The notes under the pieces were generated by a model that did not search any database, was not told where the DNA came from, and saw nothing but the letters and a program-made list of their open reading frames with translations. Positions 57,377 through 64,000 of a stretch of DNA of 64,000 nucleotides are shown in pieces (within the stretch, counting starts at the first letter, position 1; each line of letters starts with the position of its first letter). The stretch spans positions 3,736 to 67,735 of the forward strand of contig DSEQ01000025.1 of assembly GCA_011056555.1 (NCBI GenBank), read 5' to 3'. A program made the position numbers and the translations under genes. This stretch comes from Candidatus Zixiibacteriota bacterium. Its GTDB lineage: Bacteria; Zixibacteria; MSB-5A5; JAABVY01.

Positions 57377-58873
57377 TCAGGCGCGGTTGTAGATATAGGT
57401 AAGATCGGCAAGCTTCTCTTTAATATCTGAAGCAAGGCTGTTCGGTTTCATCCGCCAGCGCCAGTTTCCATTACCGTGAGCGGGGCGGTTCATACGGGTC
57501 TCCTCTCCCAGGCCCAGAATATCCTGCATGGGGAAGATAGCCAGCTTCGCACGTGATGCCATGGCCAGACGTATCATCTCCCAGGGGATTTCATCGGCCG
57601 AAACTTCCCGCCCGATATACTTGAACAGCCTCCCCCTGATCTCGGGGTCGGTTTCATAATCAAACCACCCCCGCACTGTGTTGTTGTCGTGTGTGGCGGT
57701 GTAGGCGACATAGTTTTCCTCATAATTATGGGGCAGATAAGGATGTTTGGGATCATCGGCTCCAAATCCGAACATCAGAACCTTCATCCCGGGGAACGAA
57801 TATTTTTTCAAAGTCTCGCGGACATCCGCGTTGATCATTCCCAGATCCTCGGCCACAATGGGGGGGATGAAGAAATGTTTCAGCATGGTATTGAAGAAGT
57901 CATCAACCGGGACCTTGACCCATTTACCGTTAATCGCGGTTTCCTCTCCGCTGGCGACCTCCCAGTATGCGACAAGTCCGCGGAAATGATCGATCCTGAT
58001 GATATCGAACTGGCGGAAATTGTGCCTGAGCCTTTGAATCCACCATTTATAATCCGATTCCTTCAGCACATCCCAGTTATAAACAGGATTGCCCCATAGC
58101 TGGCCGGTTTCGCTGAAGTAATCGGGCGGCACCCCGGCCACAAAAGTCGGCGTCTTATCTTCGTTCAATTTGAAAATATGCGGATTGCTCCAGACATCCA
58201 CGCTATCATAGTTGACATAGATGGGAATATCACCGAAAAGCTGGATCCCTATTTCATTGCAGTATTTTCTCAAAGCGAACCATTGCTTATAGCAGAGATA
58301 CTGTATAAATTTTTCCCGCTCGATTTTTTCCTTGAATTCAGCCTCGGCCTTTTTCAGTGCATCCCGGTGCCGGTCGCGAAATTCCACCGGCCACTGATTC
58401 CAGGCTCTACCTTCAAAATGCCGCTTTAAAATCATGAAAAGTGCGAAGTCATCCAGCCAGTAAACATTATCCCGGCAGAACCGATCGTATTCGGCGCGAT
58501 GACTATTTTTCTGAAAATGGGCGAAGGCCCTGTCCAGCAGGGTTTTCTTGTATTCAGCCACAGCCTGAAAATCGACCTTCTCGATATCAAAGTCAGGAAC
58601 CGAATTCAGGTCGGAATCACTCAGGTATCCACCCTCGATCATCAATTCCGGGCTGAGCATCCACGGACTTATGGCTGAGGAGGAGGCGCTGCTATAAGGC
58701 GAATTGCCGTGCATGGGATCGGTCGGAGTGAGGGGAAGAATCTGCCAGCAGCTTTGCCTTGTGTCTGCCAGAAAATCGGCAAAACGATATGCCTCCGGGC
58801 CGAAATCACCTATTCCGAATCGTGACGGTAAAGAGGTTATGTGCATCAAAATCCCGCTGCCTCTCTTTATCAT
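57377..58873 (-). CDS. malQ: 4-alpha-glucanotransferase (GH77)
   Basis: SGILMHITSLP, WQILPL, GVPPDYFS.TGQ.WGNP, RIDHFRG, AEDLG, THDN, MNRP. Confidence 0.96.
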   Translation of the reverse strand: MIKRGSGILMHITSLPSRFGIGDFGPEAYRFADFLADTRQSCWQILPLTPTDPMHGNSPYSSASSSAISPWMLSPELMIEGGYLSDSDLNSVPDFDIEKVDFQAVAEYKKTLLDRAFAHFQKNSHRAEYDRFCRDNVYWLDDFALFMILKRHFEGRAWNQWPVEFRDRHRDALKKAEAEFKEKIEREKFIQYLCYKQWFALRKYCNEIGIQLFGDIPIYVNYDSVDVWSNPHIFKLNEDKTPTFVAGVPPDYFSETGQLWGNPVYNWDVLKESDYKWWIQRLRHNFRQFDIIRIDHFRGLVAYWEVASGEETAINGKWVKVPVDDFFNTMLKHFFIPPIVAEDLGMINADVRETLKKYSFPGMKVLMFGFGADDPKHPYLPHNYEENYVAYTATHDNNTVRGWFDYETDPEIRGRLFKYIGREVSADEIPWEMIRLAMASRAKLAIFPMQDILGLGEETRMNRPAHGNGNWRWRMKPNSLASDIKEKLADLTYIYNRA

Positions 58874-61674
58874 GATTCCTCCTCACTGATCAATAACGCT
58901 GCCGGAAAGCTATTCAAAATTCGGCCTGTCGAGAATGCATTGTCTTCGCTTTTTATCCGCTCTTTTGTAATCATATTAATCCAGTTTTGAGGGAAGTCCT
59001 CGGGCACTTTTATTCTTGTGTCCTTCCATACTTTTTCACCCAGCGGCAACTCGTCTTCTCTTATCAAAGCGGTCAAAAATCTCGGCGCCGCAACAACAGC
59101 AAAAGAACTTTCGAGGTTCCTTCCAAAAGCGACGATATTGTTACTGAATTCTCCTGCGCATTCCAATGGCATATAATTTCCTTTCAGGAACAGGTTTCGG
59201 TTATTATTCCTGGCCCTCAGGATTGCATGAATCAGGAACTGCTTTACTCTCCCGTCCTGTTTTTTATCCAATAGTCTCCCGATCAGCCCTTCAAGATCAT
59301 TATCGACAGCCTGCTTTATATTTTCAAGGCTGCTGTATCGCTTTTCGAAATCGACCGGCCGCCGATTGTCCGGATCAACCAGGGTCAGATCCCAGTACTC
59401 GGTACCCTGATAGAAGTCAGGCACTCCGGGGCAGGCTATTTTGAGCAGGATCTGTGAAAGCGAATTAAAGATTCCATAATGGGCGATCTTTTTCTGGAAT
59501 GGTACAAATTCTTCCCAGAAATGATTATTCTTCACCCTGTCGAAAACCTTATCAACAAAACCCAGAAAAGCCTCTTCATATTCATTGTCCGGTTTGATCC
59601 AGGCAGTATGTACCTTGGCCTCCCGCACAGCCTTGATGACATATTCCTTGATCCGCTCCTTATAGACCTCGATATCTTCCAGACCTGTATATGTTCCCAA
59701 AAGAGTTTGATAAAAGAAATACTCATCATTGTAATCCGGCGCGTACTTCTGCCTGACTTTCTTCTTCCTGCTGCGGTTAATCTTGATCCAGTTCTTGAGG
59801 TTCTGCTCCCACTCAGTCGGTATTTCGGAAAGAACGTTTATACGGGCGCGGGTATCTTCACCCCGCTTGGTATCATGAGTTGCAGTGGTATTCAACGAAT
59901 ACGGGAATTTTTCGGTACGCCGTCTATTGAATTCATGGAAATTATCAATCGATATCCCGAAGCGGTGCGGGTTGCTGCCGACCTCGTTCAGAGAGGTCAG
60001 GCGGTTGTATATATACAGGATGGTATCCTCGAAACCCTTGGCCATTACCGGGCCGGTGTATTGCTGGAAGTTCATAATCACATGCATCCAGCGCTTCTTT
60101 TCATCCTCGGGAGCGGAATCATCGTACTTCAAAAGCAGGAATTTCTCGATGAACTTCAGTTCATAGCCCAGATCGGGATTCCGCTCCAGGGCGGAGTCAA
60201 TCGCCTCTTTTATAATCTTCCTGTCCGTTTCCCGCACGAACTCATCATTAATATAGGTGCGGTAAACCGGAAACAGTGCAATAACCTCCTCCAACGCACG
60301 CTTTAATCCATACAGCGTGATATCCTGACCATAGCGGTCATGGCTGGAAATATGCTTTATATATTGCGCCAGATTATCAATATTGCCGGCCATATGTTTT
60401 TCGATGATCAATTTCTTCTTTTCATGCAGAATCTCATCATAGCTCTGCGAGAGCCGCGCATACTTATAATACAGTTTGCTGAAGCGGTCGCGGTTATTTT
60501 CATCACACAAAAGCCCGTTAACATGATTTAAAAATTCATATCCGGTGGTTCCCTGTACAGGCCATTCAGAAGGAAGTTGCTCATCTTCTTCCAGAATTTT
60601 TTCTACGACTATAAAGGCGTCGCCGGTTTTCTCCCGCAGCCTCTGCAAATATGTTTCCGGATCAAATAAGCCATCGATATGGTCTATACGCAAACCCGTA
60701 AATTTCTCCTGGTCGAGCATTTTGAAGATGAGTTGATGGGTGTGCTCCATGACCTTTTTGCTTCTGATATTGACACAGATCAGGTCATTGACAGTAAAAA
60801 AGCGTCGGTAATTTATTTCCTCGGTGGCCACTTTCCAGAATGATAAACGGAAAAGCTGCTCACCTATCAGCTCATCGAGCGCCTCTATTCCGCTCTTGTC
60901 CTCGGATTCGGAGTTGAAAAATGCCAGGTTTTCATCAACAAAGTTTCTGACGGCTGCATTATCCTGATATAGCGACCATAATATTCTCTTGACATGCTGA
61001 ACCTGATGACAAAATGAATCGGGACCATCTAAGGATGAAATCGTGCGCATCAGATGAAGCGTGCCCAGGAATTTTATGTACTCGGAGTTGTCCTGACCCA
61101 GAGTTTCCTCCAGGGAGGAGATATTGTACTCAAACAGGCGTGGATATGAGCTTATACGCAGGGGCAGCCTGAGTTCGTAATAATTGACGCTGAGGCCGTT
61201 CCGGTCGTATTTTAATTTGATCTCTCCAACCTGGAGACATTCAGCATAAAGTTTTCCCAGCACCGGCACCAGCATCTTACCCTTCATATTTTCATAGGGA
61301 TGATCCCATTCGATTTCGAAAAATTCATAATATTTCGAGTTTTCCCCCGCCTCGAAAATATCCATGAGCATTTTATTATCAGAATTTATGGCCATGTGAT
61401 TAGGCACTATATCCTGCAGCCATCCCATACCTTTGTTCTTGACCGCCTGCATGAGATTCTGGTAATCATCTTCCTCGCCCAGATCAGGGTTCAGGCTCAA
61501 CGGATCGACTATGTCATAACCGTGCGTACTGCCCTTGCGGGCATGAAATATGGGAGATGCGTATATATCTGTTATTCCCAGCTCAGAAAGGTAATCGACG
61601 ATTCTTTCCGCATCCCTGAATCCAAATCCGGGGTTAAACTGGATTCTGTATGTCGAAACCGGGATGTGCGTCAT
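58870..61674 (-). CDS. treY: Malto-oligosyltrehalose synthase (GH13)
   Basis: STYRIQF, GSTHGYD, DIVPNHM, INYRRFF, LRIDHIDGL, THDTKRGED, LVDPDNRRPVDF. Confidence 0.95.
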   Translation of the reverse strand: MTHIPVSTYRIQFNPGFGFRDAERIVDYLSELGITDIYASPIFHARKGSTHGYDIVDPLSLNPDLGEEDDYQNLMQAVKNKGMGWLQDIVPNHMAINSDNKMLMDIFEAGENSKYYEFFEIEWDHPYENMKGKMLVPVLGKLYAECLQVGEIKLKYDRNGLSVNYYELRLPLRISSYPRLFEYNISSLEETLGQDNSEYIKFLGTLHLMRTISSLDGPDSFCHQVQHVKRILWSLYQDNAAVRNFVDENLAFFNSESEDKSGIEALDELIGEQLFRLSFWKVATEEINYRRFFTVNDLICVNIRSKKVMEHTHQLIFKMLDQEKFTGLRIDHIDGLFDPETYLQRLREKTGDAFIVVEKILEEDEQLPSEWPVQGTTGYEFLNHVNGLLCDENNRDRFSKLYYKYARLSQSYDEILHEKKKLIIEKHMAGNIDNLAQYIKHISSHDRYGQDITLYGLKRALEEVIALFPVYRTYINDEFVRETDRKIIKEAIDSALERNPDLGYELKFIEKFLLLKYDDSAPEDEKKRWMHVIMNFQQYTGPVMAKGFEDTILYIYNRLTSLNEVGSNPHRFGISIDNFHEFNRRRTEKFPYSLNTTATHDTKRGEDTRARINVLSEIPTEWEQNLKNWIKINRSRKKKVRQKYAPDYNDEYFFYQTLLGTYTGLEDIEVYKERIKEYVIKAVREAKVHTAWIKPDNEYEEAFLGFVDKVFDRVKNNHFWEEFVPFQKKIAHYGIFNSLSQILLKIACPGVPDFYQGTEYWDLTLVDPDNRRPVDFEKRYSSLENIKQAVDNDLEGLIGRLLDKKQDGRVKQFLIHAILRARNNNRNLFLKGNYMPLECAGEFSNNIVAFGRNLESSFAVVAAPRFLTALIREDELPLGEKVWKDTRIKVPEDFPQNWINMITKERIKSEDNAFSTGRILNSFPAALLISEEES

Positions 61675-64000
61675 TCCACCCTGACCCTTATATGTTCGCC
61701 CAGCAATTTAAACTGCTCCACCCAATCCTGTGCATATTTATCCCCGGCCTCGGCCCTGTCCTTGATTTCAGGATAATTAGTCCTGCCTGTATTGAAATAG
61801 CGCACTTGAGATTTCCAGAGGTTATACTGCAGAGAAAGAGGTTCCAGGGTCTGCATCAGTCGGTTTATAGTTTGCAGCAGCTCCCGGTTCTCGGGCTCGT
61901 CTCTCCATTGCGAGGTCAATGAATCTATCTTTGTACTGGTCAGGTATCCCAGGGTCTCCTTATCTATTTCCAGCGGCCAGCGGCCAATTTCCTCGACATT
62001 TCTTTCCAGCTTTTCGAAATCCAGTTCGTCGCTCTCGAGATTACTGCGGATATCCCGGTTCAAAACAAACTTCATCAGTGTTGAGAAATAGTCGGGGAGG
62101 GGCATATTCAGGTCGGAGAGGGCCTGAATCACCGGATATTGACTCTCAAACAGCTGGCGAAACGAAGTATCGATATCTTTGGCGCTCCGATCCAGAAGCT
62201 CGCTCATGATCGCGCGCTGCTCGTTCTTGAAGAGATGCCTCAATGAGAAGCTGTTGTTCTCAAAATACTTATCGGTAAGCCGCACCACCTCGGAGATGTC
62301 GTTTTTCATGAAACTGCCATGAATGTCGGTCAGCATTGAGTCGAACTTCTCCTGCTCCATCCTTGCCAGCGCTCCGCTCATTATATTGTGCCCGCCCAGA
62401 TGCAGCGCGGCAAAACTGATATGCTCTTCACTCCATGTGATATCGGAGCGAATATGCACCGATCCAATGGCCAGCTTCTGGCGCCCGACTTCTGAGCGGT
62501 CAAAGATTTTTCCCTTAACAGAATAATTATATATCTTATCCTCCTCGGAAAAATCCCTGAACAGGGTACTGATGCCGTAATGTGCGCCGACACGTAAAAG
62601 CTCGAGGATACTGGGTTCAACATATTTTTCATATATATCTGCGCCATGCTTATGTTCATCGAGATTACTCGGCACCCTTTCCATCAGGCCCTTGTAGGCA
62701 TTCTGGAGGTTTATTCCGCTGACTTCCTTCGCCAACTGCATCGCGCGGGCGGCATATTCGATCACCTGCACCGTTTCAAGACCCGAGACCTCGTCAAAGA
62801 ACCATCCGCAACTGGTGTACATCAGCATCGCATGTCTCTGCATTTCCAGAAGGCGCAGGAGCTTGATTTTATCCTCCTGGGTTAAATCTTCACGGGCATG
62901 GTTGCTCAGGAAGCTCTCCACGTTTTCATTGGATCTATCCAGGATGACCTCAATATAATCATTCCTGGCCTGCCACGGATCCTGCAATAGCTTTGAACCG
63001 CTGTCCTCGTAAATTTCAATCAGGTTATCCCGCAGCCAGTCCAGTGCACCCCTGAGCGGTGCACGCCATTTTTGATTCCATCCTTCATGCATACCCGTGG
63101 AACATCCGCAGTCACTCCGCCAGCGCTCGATCCCATGCACACAGCTCCAGGACGAATCCTCGATGATCTCGGCCTCATATTCGGGAGGATGCCGCTCGAG
63201 ATATTCGCCGTAATTGGTCAGCTTGGCAGGGGTTTCCTTCTCCAGGTAATAGAGGCAATAGGCCAGTGCCATATCGCCATGAGTCTGGTGATGCCCGTAG
63301 GTTTCACCGTCGGTTGCTATATGCACAAGCTGCGATTCATCTCCCTCTTCGTCGAAGGCCGAATGCAGGCGTTCGGCAAAAATTTCACCATTGGTCAGAA
63401 GACCGCCGAAGGCGATATCCTGTGAGATAGGACCGTCATAGAAGAACAGCGCTATTGAATTTCCTGAAGGCAGGTTGCAGAGATAGGGGCGTTTCGGATC
63501 AACCGATGAATCGGAGACATCCGTCCACTCCTGTTCACCCAGTTGCCTGATTCTTTTAGCCTGATGCGGGGCCAGGAGTGTGAATTTGATGCCGTACTCG
63601 GCAAGAAACTCGAGCGTTTCGATATCCACCGCGGTTTCGGGCAGCCACATGCCTTCGGGGTCACGGCCAAATCGGCTCTGGAAGTCTTTTATGCCCCAGA
63701 TGATCTGGGTCCTTTTATCGCGTTCATTTGAAAGCGGCATGATGCTGTGATTATAGGTTTGCGCCATAGCCGAACCATGACCGGAATATCTTTCCAGACT
63801 TTCCTTATCTGCCTGCAAAATGGCCTCGTAAATTTCCGGGTCAAACCACTTCAGCCAGCTCAGAAGAGTGGGGCCAAAATTGAAACTGATTTTTGAGTAA
63901 TTATTGCTGATATCGATAATACGCCTTTCCGGATCGAGGATATGCGAGGCCGTGTTGGGTGCATAGCATTCAGCGGTGATTCGGCTGTTCCAGTCGTGAT
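61671..64000 (-). CDS. GH57 family glycoside hydrolase with DUF3536-like C-terminus, 5'-partial
   Basis: Frame open to the window end (HDWNSRITAECYAPN...SFNFGPTLL); WLPETA, ATDGETYGHH, SWSC.HG..RW, MYTSCGWFF. Confidence 0.9.
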   Translation of the reverse strand, partial: HDWNSRITAECYAPNTASHILDPERRIIDISNNYSKISFNFGPTLLSWLKWFDPEIYEAILQADKESLERYSGHGSAMAQTYNHSIMPLSNERDKRTQIIWGIKDFQSRFGRDPEGMWLPETAVDIETLEFLAEYGIKFTLLAPHQAKRIRQLGEQEWTDVSDSSVDPKRPYLCNLPSGNSIALFFYDGPISQDIAFGGLLTNGEIFAERLHSAFDEEGDESQLVHIATDGETYGHHQTHGDMALAYCLYYLEKETPAKLTNYGEYLERHPPEYEAEIIEDSSWSCVHGIERWRSDCGCSTGMHEGWNQKWRAPLRGALDWLRDNLIEIYEDSGSKLLQDPWQARNDYIEVILDRSNENVESFLSNHAREDLTQEDKIKLLRLLEMQRHAMLMYTSCGWFFDEVSGLETVQVIEYAARAMQLAKEVSGINLQNAYKGLMERVPSNLDEHKHGADIYEKYVEPSILELLRVGAHYGISTLFRDFSEEDKIYNYSVKGKIFDRSEVGRQKLAIGSVHIRSDITWSEEHISFAALHLGGHNIMSGALARMEQEKFDSMLTDIHGSFMKNDISEVVRLTDKYFENNSFSLRHLFKNEQRAIMSELLDRSAKDIDTSFRQLFESQYPVIQALSDLNMPLPDYFSTLMKFVLNRDIRSNLESDELDFEKLERNVEEIGRWPLEIDKETLGYLTSTKIDSLTSQWRDEPENRELLQTINRLMQTLEPLSLQYNLWKSQVRYFNTGRTNYPEIKDRAEAGDKYAQDWVEQFKLLGEHIRVRVE

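Overview
Bacterial chromosomal window, densely coding, with no rRNA, tRNA, transposase or CRISPR array detected. The secreted cohesin/dockerin and FlgD-Ig C-terminal proteins suggest an FCB-group organism such as Zixibacteria (inference). From left to right it contains: three secreted cohesin-like proteins; an orphan beta-propeller histidine kinase; a CoA-transferase; a LolA-like/ABC/outer-membrane exporter; a stress/dormancy gene block; CIRCE-groES-groEL; a GluR0-like channel; a sigma54 two-component system facing a Cus-type copper efflux operon; a group 3b [NiFe]-hydrogenase with hyp genes, preceded by two interrupted double-DsrC-domain genes; fpg, MBL hydrolase, S2P protease and ppsA; hypAB; an ADP-ribosylglycohydrolase; mltF; a PerR oxidative-stress cluster; and malQ-treY-GH57. 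The most notable unannotated signals are: (1) the tandem DsrC/RspA-like genes share a two-operator promoter architecture with the hydrogenase operon, and each is broken by a single lesion; (2) two sibling ~70-nt promoter-to-terminator small-RNA candidates at 52.8 and 53.3 kb; (3) a sigma54-driven structured ncRNA candidate at 2.8 kb; (4) a palindromic enhancer shared by the Cus operon and its regulator; (5) a 57-aa two-cysteine protein missed by the ORF track. All family assignments are by eye from motifs; no database searches were run.
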